From: Candidatus Moraniibacteriota bacterium
GTDB lineage: Bacteria; Patescibacteriota; Minisyncoccia; Moranbacterales; UBA1568
Assembly: GCA_963778555.1 (NCBI GenBank)
Contig: CAVZUR010000005.1
Location: forward strand, 97,756-161,755
Direction of reading: 5' to 3'
Length of the DNA stretch: 64,000 nt
In this document: positions 8,808 through 17,247 of the stretch, piece by piece
Layout of the letters: each line of letters starts with the position of its first letter
How positions within the stretch are numbered: the stretch's first letter is position 1
Notes under the pieces: model-generated
What the model was told of the DNA's origin: nothing
Seen by the model: the letters and a program-made list of their open reading frames with translations, nothing else
Database searches by the model: none
Made by a program: the position numbers and the translations under genes

Positions 8808-10229
8808 TCATGGGAACATATGCGGCAACGGATTCAGCTTCCACTCGGTGACACCTTTGGAAGCAGCGAATTCCTCCAAACGGTCGCTGTCGAAGGTGCC
8901 CTGGCACTCGAGGAGATAGAGGGGGAAAGCCTTCGGTACATAGACTTGGGCGATGTAGAACCCGAGCTTGGCTTGGATGGGATGCTTGGGGAAATAGGCA
9001 ATCGGGTAGTAGTCAGGGCCTCTTTTTCTCAGAACGGAGAGGCAGGCTTTCAGTTGGGTAGCATCATCGGTCGCTGAGGTGAGATCCTTTTGGCAGAGTT
9101 CCGCGTAGGAAACCTGCTTGCCGGAGAGGAACCACTGGAATTGCTGGATCTTTTCGGGACCGCGCCAGTAGAGTTGCCGTCCGATTTGACCGAGAACAGA
9201 AACGAATGGTTCGGATTGAGCATCCTTTTCCAGCTGCCGCTTATCACCCTCGTAATAAAACATTTCTGAGCTTATCACTATTTCTCTTAGAGAATGCCGT
9301 ATCGCTTGTTCGAATGTTGTCGCACTGGCGCCGCTCAGAACAATCTGAGGAGTCGCGCTCTTTGAGTTTAGGGCAGCAATAACGATAGACGGAATAGAGA
9401 GCGTTGTCACATCTACGATATGTAAAGACAGGCCGCATGATTCCAACGGGCGTATGATTTCCTGCATCTCCTCGGGGAGTGTTTCTACATCAATGATCCG
9501 CGGAGGAATCTGAGTGAGCCAGTGGACCAAGAATGCATCGCGCTCGATTGTTTCGAGGAGCCCACGCAGGAGAGCGCCATTTTTTGTGAAGTACCCGGCT
9601 GATCCGCTGGTCGTGGCGTTGACGAGAGGGGCTTCAGTGGAATAATTTTTGACGCACCATGAGGTCACTTGCCGCGGGATATACGTTTGTTCTTGCGTAA
9701 TGAGATTAATTCCACTCAGCCAATCCATCGGACGGGACGGGTCATGCTGGAGTTCCCGGTAATGCTCTCTTTGGATGTCCAAGAAGCGATGGTATTTCGG
9801 CGGGTAGAGTACTGGAAACTTTTTGAGCAGTTCGTTCGATGAAGCGATTAGTATGTCGGTATCCTTATTATACAAACCAGAAATGATGCGCTCAAGCATT
9901 TCGCCGATCGCTTTGGAAATAGCAGTCGCCCTATCTTTCGCAATCCCATGGCCGCTCACGCTCCGAAGATGTCCACGCACGACTACTTCTTTTTCCAGGG
10001 AATAAAAAAAGTATCCGGGAAAATGGAGACTTCTTTCTGCCATCGCATCGACGAGCCCTTTTTTTTTCAGATAAGTGTAAAGGGTTTCAGAGGCAGAGGT
10101 GACATCATCCGTGTGAGCAATATGCAGACTGTCCGCAAGCCAGGAATATCGGACGAATTGTTTTAATAAGCAAATCCGTATCCGATCGCCGATTCCCAGC
10201 GGTATTCGCCAGGGTCCGAACTTGTCCAT
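8808..10229 (-). CDS. YcaO-domain cyclodehydratase (TOMM/azoline-forming 'D' protein), paralogue 1
   Basis: 'TSGSAGYFTKNGALLRGLLETIERDAFLVHW' YcaO core. C-terminal Pro-rich 'NPLPHMFP' (PxPxP-type) motif typical of YcaO C-termini. ~474 aa from MDKFGPW. Confidence 0.8.
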   Translation of the reverse strand: MDKFGPWRIPLGIGDRIRICLLKQFVRYSWLADSLHIAHTDDVTSASETLYTYLKKKGLVDAMAERSLHFPGYFFYSLEKEVVVRGHLRSVSGHGIAKDRATAISKAIGEMLERIISGLYNKDTDILIASSNELLKKFPVLYPPKYHRFLDIQREHYRELQHDPSRPMDWLSGINLITQEQTYIPRQVTSWCVKNYSTEAPLVNATTSGSAGYFTKNGALLRGLLETIERDAFLVHWLTQIPPRIIDVETLPEEMQEIIRPLESCGLSLHIVDVTTLSIPSIVIAALNSKSATPQIVLSGASATTFEQAIRHSLREIVISSEMFYYEGDKRQLEKDAQSEPFVSVLGQIGRQLYWRGPEKIQQFQWFLSGKQVSYAELCQKDLTSATDDATQLKACLSVLRKRGPDYYPIAYFPKHPIQAKLGFYIAQVYVPKAFPLYLLECQGTFDSDRLEEFAASKGVTEWKLNPLPHMFP

Positions 10230-10349
10230 AATTGGTTTCTTTCGTTTGATTTCGTCTGGTCTAACCGAATGTACCAATATACAGAGTGATGTGGATAGTT
10301 TTACATGGAGATGTCATACAAGTACACCTACGTTTCTCCTGGTGTATTT

Positions 10350-10384
10350 TATCATGCATAAAAAAACAGGAGCCATGTGACAAC
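10350..10384 (-). terminator. Putative rho-independent terminator after secreted-protein gene
   Basis: Minus-strand reading ggagtcgtgttgtcacatggctcc followed by tgttttttt. Confidence 0.35.
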
Positions 10385-10425
10385 ACGACTCCTGGAATTT
10401 GCACCCTCAGCGTTTGAGGGCAGTC

Positions 10426-11241
10426 TCAATTACTTGCAGCGGCAGATTCCTTTTGGAAGACCGTGCTGTTTTGCCCATCACTCCCGCCATAACCGGCCCA
10501 CAGCTCATCGCCATGATTGGTGAAATAACATGTTCCACCCGCTCCCCCGCAGGGGAAAGCGAATTTCCCGTCCTTGATCTCTGCGGACTGGATCTTGCCG
10601 CTTGGTTTTTGCTGTGTGCCGTATATGAATTTGACCACACACTTCGCGTCGATTTCGCCGATCCAGAGCCACCGCTTGCCATAGCCCCAGTTTCCTGTCC
10701 AGCCACCGATGAAGGCGGCACAGGCTACTGGCACGTCGGCAGCCACCGGCTTGACCGAAAAGCCAGCTTCACGCTGAGGTTGCAAAGCCGCCAATTCTGT
10801 TTCGGCAAGTTTTCGGATGCTGACCGCCCGGGACTGTCCATTTGCGTCCGTGATAGTCCCGTTAAACGTGCCGTCTGGGTTTTGGGATGCTACGACCTTG
10901 CCCCCCAATCGGGTAATAAGCGATAACGTACGACCTTGAGCGGTCTCAATCATCTCTGCGCTAATCGGGAGCGGTTGCAGTCTCGGAAGACCGAGAGCAG
11001 CGTTGAGCGCGACTTTTCCAGTGTCGCCTTGTTTCGTTCCGCCAGAAAGCTGCAACGTCAGTGTTCGGTCGCTGCCGACGACCGTAATGAGCCATGAAGA
11101 GTTCAGATCGAATGGCAGCTGACTTGTCAGTGCCGCCAGAGTGATACTGTCGCTAGAGGCCTTCATCTGGGCGAAGCCAATGCTTGGCAGGCTGGAAAAA
11201 ACAGAGAAAAAAACCGAAAAGAGAATCGAAAGTGCCCGCAT
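10426..11241 (-). CDS. Secreted hypothetical protein (signal peptide) with Gly/Cys-rich C-terminal tail, embedded in the TOMM-like locus
   Basis: N-terminal 'MRALSILFSVFFSVFSSLPSIGFAQ' signal peptide. C-terminal '...FPCGGAGGTCYFTNHGDELWAGYGGSDGQ'. Confidence 0.55.
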   Translation of the reverse strand: MRALSILFSVFFSVFSSLPSIGFAQMKASSDSITLAALTSQLPFDLNSSWLITVVGSDRTLTLQLSGGTKQGDTGKVALNAALGLPRLQPLPISAEMIETAQGRTLSLITRLGGKVVASQNPDGTFNGTITDANGQSRAVSIRKLAETELAALQPQREAGFSVKPVAADVPVACAAFIGGWTGNWGYGKRWLWIGEIDAKCVVKFIYGTQQKPSGKIQSAEIKDGKFAFPCGGAGGTCYFTNHGDELWAGYGGSDGQNSTVFQKESAAASN

Positions 11242-11397
11242 GATAAACTACTCCTTGGTTGATTGGTAAGGGACAGCACCGCCACTATACCATATTTGCT
11301 ATATAAGTCAAATAGTAGTATTCCGTTTACGCATTGCTTTAAGTGCCGCTTTTTTTCTGCATTCTTCATTTACGACATATAATGGAAAGACCTCCGT

Positions 11398-12141
11398 ATG
11401 CATACATTTCTCTACAATTTTTTTCATCACGAGACCAATGATCGGACGGAAAAGGGCCTGGTGAGTATTCCGGCAGACAAGGGGCGCTGGCCGGAGTCAT
11501 GGAAAACGATAACGTGCAAACGGTATTCTCTGTTTCCGGAGGTTGAGCTTCCTGAAACGAGCGGGTCTTTGTTTGAGCAGCTCTTGCGAGAACGCAGATC
11601 GAGCGAAGGGCATATCGTGGGGAATATCCTCACTCTGCCCGTACTTGCCTATATCCTGCAGTGTGGGTATGGCCTGCAGGGCGGGAGCGAAGGAGATCAG
11701 AGGAAAGCGAACCGAACCGTTCCTTCCGGCGGGGGACGATATCCGCTCGAAGTGTATGTTTTTCTCTTCAAGCCGATTGGCACTTGCGTTTCGGGAATCT
11801 ATCATTACAGTGTGAAGCATCATTCCTTGGAACCAGTTGCGCTCATGCCATTCACGCTTGAAGATATTGGTTCTTTCGCACCGGAGCAGGCGTGGCTCCA
11901 GGATACGAACGGGATGATTTGCATCACGAGTGTGTTTCAGAGAACGGTTGAAAAATACGGCAGCCGCGGGTATCGCTACATCTTGCTGGAGGCTGGGCAT
12001 GCTGCTCAGAATATGCTGCTCGCCGGAACCGAAAAGGGCGTGAACATCATCCCGATTGGCGGCGTAGAGGCTGATAAAATAGAAAAAAAACTTGGCCTGA
12101 GCGGGGAAGAAGAAGGGGTCGTGTATACGCTCTTTTTATAA
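11398..12141 (+). CDS. SagB-type (McbC-like) FMN-dependent dehydrogenase of the nitroreductase superfamily (TOMM 'B' protein)
   Basis: 'GGRYPLEVYVFLFKP...SGIYHYSVKHHSLEPV...RGYRYILLEAGHAAQNMLLAGTEKGVNIIPIGG' are canonical SagB/nitroreductase motifs. Confidence 0.8.
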   Translation: MHTFLYNFFHHETNDRTEKGLVSIPADKGRWPESWKTITCKRYSLFPEVELPETSGSLFEQLLRERRSSEGHIVGNILTLPVLAYILQCGYGLQGGSEGDQRKANRTVPSGGGRYPLEVYVFLFKPIGTCVSGIYHYSVKHHSLEPVALMPFTLEDIGSFAPEQAWLQDTNGMICITSVFQRTVEKYGSRGYRYILLEAGHAAQNMLLAGTEKGVNIIPIGGVEADKIEKKLGLSGEEEGVVYTLFL

Positions 12142-12233
12142 TAAACCCTAGTATGCGGAGCGACTCCTCTTCAAAATTTTTCCATTGCTCGGGATACCTC
12201 TCCCTTAGGGAGTATGTGGAGGATATCGAGTCG

Positions 12234-13680
12234 ATGAGGCAGCATGGCCCGTGGCGGCTCCCGCTCGGCATCGGCGACCGGGTGCAGATTTTCTTTTTCT
12301 CCCTGATTCTGAAATACTCCTGGTTTTCTGATGCGTTGAGCATACGGTATCCCTATACGTGGAGCCCAGCGTATTCGGTGCTCATCGCCTATCTGAAAAG
12401 GTGTGGCGTAGTCGATGTGGTCCGGGAGCAGAATGCGAATCGCAGCGGATATTCCTTCTTCTCCCTTCAAAGGGGCATTTCCATAAATGAAAATATTCGG
12501 ACCATCGGCGGTCTGGGAGTCGACCAAGAGGTCTCGACGGCGTTTTCCAAAGCGATCGGCGAAATGCTTGAGCGCATCATTTCTGGTTTGTATAATAAGG
12601 ATACCGACATACTAATCGCTTCATCGAACGAACTGCTCAAAAAGTTTCCAGTACTCTACCCGCCGAAATACCATCGCTTCTTGGACATCCAAAGAGAGCA
12701 TTACCGGGAACTCCAGCATGACCCGTCCCGTCCGATGGATTGGCTGAGTGGAATTAATCTCATTACGCAAGAACAAACGTATATCCCGCGGCATATTGTT
12801 TCGTGGTTTGGGTTTGCCGAAGCGCGCGTGTTCAAAGACATTCTCCTGCATCCGACATCCAATGGCTGTGCCGGGTACTTTACGAAGACGGGTGCTGTTT
12901 TGCGAGGGCTGATCGAAGCAGTGCAACGGGACGCTTTTCTCGTCCATTGGCTCACGCAGATCGCCCCTGATCGCATCATCGAGGACACTCTGTCGCTAGA
13001 AATTCAGAAACAAGTCGGGGAATTCAAGGCGCGTGGAATCACCCTGCATATTCTCGATGTCACAGCTCTTTCTATCCCGTCCGTATCCATTGTGGCAATC
13101 AATGCTGAATCGGAAACTCCGCAGATTATTTTGAGCGGCGCAGAGCGGCGACATTTGAGCGGGCGGTGCAGGACGCACTCCGTGAAATGGTGCTGATGTC
13201 AGCGACTATGTTCTACCAAGGAGAAGCTAATAATAGAAAGAAAGAGCCTATGTTAGCAGAGCCGCAGCCATTCGTTTCTGATCTCAATGAGAAAACCAGG
13301 CAACTCTACTGGCGCGGTCCCGAAAAGATCCAGCAATTCCAGTGGTTCCTCTCCGGCAAGCAGGTTTCCTACGCGGAACTCTGCCAAAAGGATCTCACCT
13401 CAGCGACCGATGATGCTACCCAACTGAAAGCCTGCCTCTCCGTTCTGAGAAAAAGAGGCCCTGACTACTACCCGATTGCCTATTTCCCCAAGCATCCCAT
13501 CCAAGCCAAGCTCGGGTTCTACATCGCCCAAGTCTATGTACCGAAGGCTTTCCCCTCTATCTCCTCGAGTGCCAGGGCACCTTCGACAGCGACCGTTTGG
13601 AGGAATTCGCTGCTTCCAAAGGTGTCACCGAGTGGAAGCTGAATCCGTTGCCGCATATGTTTTCTTGATGAGCGATACAG
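12234..13680 (+). CDS. YcaO-domain cyclodehydratase paralogue 2, mosaic relative to paralogue 1, interrupted by two frameshifts (~13145 and C-homopolymer at ~13555-13560)
   Basis: ORFs 12153-13196 and 13166-13642 together align over full length to YcaO 1. Blocks 'KAIGEM...QTYIPR' and 'RQLYWRGPEKIQQ...VPKAFP' are identical in amino acid sequence (near-identical DNA, inverted), while the middle and N-terminal blocks are diverged. Copy 2 has CCCC where copy 1 has CCCCC at the shift site. Confidence 0.7.
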
Positions 13681-13777
13681 GTTGTGGAAAGAGGAGACAT
13701 CGTGTATCGTTTATAGTGTACGCGGTACCGGAGAGTCACGAGACAAATATAAATCATTTCAGGCCGTGTTAGCGAGT

Positions 13778-14470
13778 ATGTTTCAGAAAGTCAGGCGAGT
13801 TGCGAGCAGAAAACTCCTGTTTCTTGTTGGCGTATCTTTGGCCGGTATCCTTGGCATCCTGGGCAGTTATACGCGGACGAACTATTCGAAAAGCGGTTCG
13901 CTGGTTGTCCCAAAGGCGCAGGCGGATACCCCTCCCACTTGTGCTTCGTGCGGTTGCGCCTATACTGAGGACCAATGCGTTACATACTGGTCCTGTTTTC
14001 CGGCCGACACGCCTATCAGCACACCAGCCGGTAAGCGAGTCATACAGGAGCTGGCGGTCGGAGACAGCGTGCTTGGTTTCGACATTGAAACCGGCCGGAC
14101 CGGAGAATACCCGGTGACCAGAACCTTCAAACACGGCCGAAACGATGCGAATACCGTGTATTCTCCGCTGATTCAGATTACGCATGCAAAAGGATCGTTC
14201 CTCGCGACGGATAATCATTGGATCTATCGGCGCAATGGCCGGGTCGGGGAATACGCCAATTTTGACCGTGTCGGAACGCTTCAAGTCGGTGACATGCTGA
14301 CGACAGAAAGCGGCGAAGAGGTGGCGGTGACAGCGATCGAACCGGGGCCCGAGTATGATTTTGTGTACAATCTCGAGGTGGCGGAGGCCCATACGTATTT
14401 CGCTAGCGGTATCCGGGTACACAATAGCGGCAGTGGACCTGGTGGCTGTTGTGGCTCTTCAGGAAAATAA
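13778..14470 (+). CDS. Small secreted Cys/Gly/Ser-rich protein whose Cys-rich core is interrupted by a complete mini-intein-like Hint domain (13994-14425); candidate RiPP/TOMM precursor
   Basis: Signal/TM 'MFQKVRRVASRKLLFLVGVSLAGILGILG'. N-extein '...PPTCASCGCAYTEDQCVTYWS'. Hint blocks: A 'CFPADTPI', B 'GSFLATDNHWIY' (TxxH), F 'VYNLEVAEAHTYFA', G 'SGIRVHN' then +1 Ser. C-extein 'SGSGPGGCCGSSGK' then stop. Confidence 0.7.
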   Translation: MFQKVRRVASRKLLFLVGVSLAGILGILGSYTRTNYSKSGSLVVPKAQADTPPTCASCGCAYTEDQCVTYWSCFPADTPISTPAGKRVIQELAVGDSVLGFDIETGRTGEYPVTRTFKHGRNDANTVYSPLIQITHAKGSFLATDNHWIYRRNGRVGEYANFDRVGTLQVGDMLTTESGEEVAVTAIEPGPEYDFVYNLEVAEAHTYFASGIRVHNSGSGPGGCCGSSGK

Positions 14471-14534
14471 AGCTGCTTTTTCGGATGGGAGTAATTTGCA
14501 GCCAAAATACTTTTAATCACCACGAGTTGTTATT

Positions 14535-15761
14535 ATGGAAACTGAAGCCGATATCCGAACTCCCGCTGGAGACTCGAGGGAGAAAAATAAAAAGATTCGG
14601 TTGACCGGAAAAGTCGTTCTTGTTGTCATGCTAATAGTCGCCCTTGCATATGGGGCGTTGTATTTGTTCGAGAAGAATACCTGGTATAAATTGAGATCCG
14701 ATCGGACAATTTATACACCGGCCAATGATAACGCGTATACCGAAAGTCTCCTAAATAATAATCCGAAGCTATTGCAGGATTCGTTTGTGGCCGATGTCGA
14801 AAGCGGAGTGAATGATAAGTTTACCAAGTCAGATGCCTATTTCCTGACCCACCGGTACTTTGATAACGGCGGAAATGTCTACGAAATCTATGATTATGTA
14901 AACAGCCATCCGAGTCTGGAATTTCTCAAGGAAGCCGAAGAAATTTACCCGGCTATTTTTGATCAGCTACGGACCAAAACGCTTTCCCCGGTGCCATATT
15001 CCAGGCAATCTCTGTATGCAGTTCTGGCATATCTGGAAGTACTTGATAAGCACGGGTATGCGGATATCGCCGCTCTGGGCACGCTCGCTAATCAATATGC
15101 GAAGACGGCCTATTTCATAAAAAAGAGATCAGAAAACGATCCTGCTGGTGGCTTGGATCCGGCTCCAATGATACGGCAAGCGACGGAAAAAGCGATTGTG
15201 TTCGAATTGAAAACCAGAGATGTGATGCTGGGAATGTCTAAGGGTAATCAGTCTCTCGTGAAAAGTATAGCGAGTCGACCGAAATCGCTTGATTCGAGAT
15301 CGCCTCTGCGGAAGAATTTTTCGAAGGAAATAACAGCCCAATCATTGATTACCGGACTTAATCAGTATGCCGCCTGTCTTCGATATTTGGAGGTCACGGG
15401 AATTGCCATCTCGATCATCGATTCACCCGTGCAAGCGAATGATGTTTTTTCCTTCAGCATGTTATTTGCAGAAACCTATGTTCCAGAAATGGAGGTATTT
15501 ACGTCGCTCCTCAATGCCTCGACGCTCGCTTTGGTGAGTCCGGAGAGTGCTGATGCTATCAAGACTGCTCTCCAACCGATTCTGGAGTACGATCTTACTC
15601 AAGAATTGGGGATAATTCGCCTTCTCTTTGAGGCGAAGGACGACAAATTCGGCGGCTGGGATATATATGGAAAAAGGAATGCCATAATGCTGGCCAATAT
15701 CGTTCCTGAGTTCAAGGCATGGCTTATTGCGGGAGGGTGGGAAGAACCTGATTTTCAGTAG
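14535..15761 (+). CDS. Hypothetical membrane-anchored protein (single N-terminal TM)
   Basis: 408-aa ORF. 'VVLVVMLIVALAYGALYLF' TM helix. No recognisable catalytic motifs. Confidence 0.5.
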   Translation: METEADIRTPAGDSREKNKKIRLTGKVVLVVMLIVALAYGALYLFEKNTWYKLRSDRTIYTPANDNAYTESLLNNNPKLLQDSFVADVESGVNDKFTKSDAYFLTHRYFDNGGNVYEIYDYVNSHPSLEFLKEAEEIYPAIFDQLRTKTLSPVPYSRQSLYAVLAYLEVLDKHGYADIAALGTLANQYAKTAYFIKKRSENDPAGGLDPAPMIRQATEKAIVFELKTRDVMLGMSKGNQSLVKSIASRPKSLDSRSPLRKNFSKEITAQSLITGLNQYAACLRYLEVTGIAISIIDSPVQANDVFSFSMLFAETYVPEMEVFTSLLNASTLALVSPESADAIKTALQPILEYDLTQELGIIRLLFEAKDDKFGGWDIYGKRNAIMLANIVPEFKAWLIAGGWEEPDFQ

Positions 15762-15875
15762 ACATTCACTGAGATTGATTGTTGATTCTCAGTCGTTCGG
15801 CGGAGTGGTTTCGTTGTGTTTTTAATGCAGAAAAGTGTAGAATGGGAACACTCTTAATCGATATTTTTCTTTTCT

Positions 15876-16571
15876 ATGAAGACGGTTTTGATTATCGGAG
15901 GGTCTTCGGGGATTGGAAGCGCCTGCGTACGTACTTTCGAACAATCAGGGTGGAATGTTTTTTCCACCTTCTATTCAAATAAAAAAACAACCAGCAAAGG
16001 ATCTTCCGTCACCTGGAGCTTCCTAGACATAAAGAATATTCCAGCTGGTTTTTTTGATACCCTGCCAAAAATCGATGCGGTGCTAATTTGTGCTGCCAAA
16101 AATGTAAGCCAGGACCTGAATAATTTACAGAAGAGTGACACAGAGGAAATTGTAAACACGAATCTCATCGGACAGATTGAGTTCATCAAACTCCTCAAGG
16201 ATAAAAAGGGTGCGGAGCTGTCCTCGATAGTACTTTTCGGCTCGACCGTGCCAATGACAGGTTTTAAAAGAAGAATCGCTTACGGTATAACGAAAGCCGC
16301 GATAGAGGGCCTTACGAAAACGCTGGCAATGGAATTTTCCCCCAATACCCGCGTGAATTGCATTGTACCGGGATATATCAAGACAGGTTTGTATTTCAAA
16401 AATAGCGCTATCAGTGATACGGATAGAGCAAGGAAAATCCTTTTAGGGCGGTTGGGCGACCCGGAAGAGGTTGCAAAACTTGCCTTTTTCCTATCTTCGG
16501 AAAACGCTTCCTATATAAACGGAGAATCGATTGGGATTAATGGCGGTTTTAACTATGAGTATGAAGTCTAG
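15876..16571 (+). CDS. Short-chain dehydrogenase/reductase (SDR family)
   Basis: 'TVLIIGGSSGIGSAC' Rossmann motif and 'NASYINGESIGINGG' SDR C-terminal signature. Confidence 0.75.
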   Translation: MKTVLIIGGSSGIGSACVRTFEQSGWNVFSTFYSNKKTTSKGSSVTWSFLDIKNIPAGFFDTLPKIDAVLICAAKNVSQDLNNLQKSDTEEIVNTNLIGQIEFIKLLKDKKGAELSSIVLFGSTVPMTGFKRRIAYGITKAAIEGLTKTLAMEFSPNTRVNCIVPGYIKTGLYFKNSAISDTDRARKILLGRLGDPEEVAKLAFFLSSENASYINGESIGINGGFNYEYEV

Positions 16572-17247
16572 CAATGGTAAGTTTGCGTGTATAATTCTTG
16601 CTGCAGGCAAGTCCGAAAGGTTTAATGCGAATAAACTCTTTGCGACCCTTACCAAAGGACCCCTTCTTTTTATGGTTGTCGATTCCATTTTATCTTTTAA
16701 GTTGCTTGGTAAGTTAGTGATTGTCGCAGCGAAGGGGGATTTTGATCGAATTCAGAAAAGATATGGACGGAATCAAGAAGTGAACGTCGTTGTCGGTGGA
16801 ATAAACCGAACGGAAAGCACGCTACGGGGCCTGCATGTTGTCGCACAGGGGGGATACGAATATGTCTATGTTCACGACGGATCTCGCCGACTCTTTACGA
16901 GAAATGATTTTATCCGGCTCAAGAGAGAGTTGCTGTCAAAGAATCTGGATGGAGTTGTCCAATATGTCAAGATATACGATTCGCTCATGAGTTTCGATGG
17001 GAGTATTGAAAACAACAATAGTTATCTCGACAAAACGAGGGTAGTGCAATTAAAGACACCCCACGTTTACAAAGTGGGTTCAATCTTAAAATGTCTGACT
17101 CAGTATAAACCTCAAGTCAGGAGAGAATTGGAGAACGTTGAAATCATGTCTTTGTACGGGAAAGAAATAGGATTTATCGATGGTTCTATCGCCAATATAA
17201 AAATTACTTACAAAAGTGATTTACGGGTCATTAAAAAGCTGTTGTGA
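16531..17247 (+). CDS. Nucleotidyltransferase of the IspD/TarI family (CDP-alcohol-forming cytidylyltransferase)
   Basis: 'FACIILAAGKSERF' N-terminal signature of MEP cytidylyltransferase / ribitol-5-P cytidylyltransferase family. Confidence 0.65.
   Translation: MGLMAVLTMSMKSSNGKFACIILAAGKSERFNANKLFATLTKGPLLFMVVDSILSFKLLGKLVIVAAKGDFDRIQKRYGRNQEVNVVVGGINRTESTLRGLHVVAQGGYEYVYVHDGSRRLFTRNDFIRLKRELLSKNLDGVVQYVKIYDSLMSFDGSIENNNSYLDKTRVVQLKTPHVYKVGSILKCLTQYKPQVRRELENVEIMSLYGKEIGFIDGSIANIKITYKSDLRVIKKLL

Noticed and set aside
10399-10926. 175-aa plus-strand ORF antisense to the secreted-protein gene in the TOMM-like locus
   Set aside because: It is fully antisense to an ORF with a clear signal peptide. 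I considered it as a precursor, but it has no Cys/Ser/Thr-rich C-terminus and no leader-like features.
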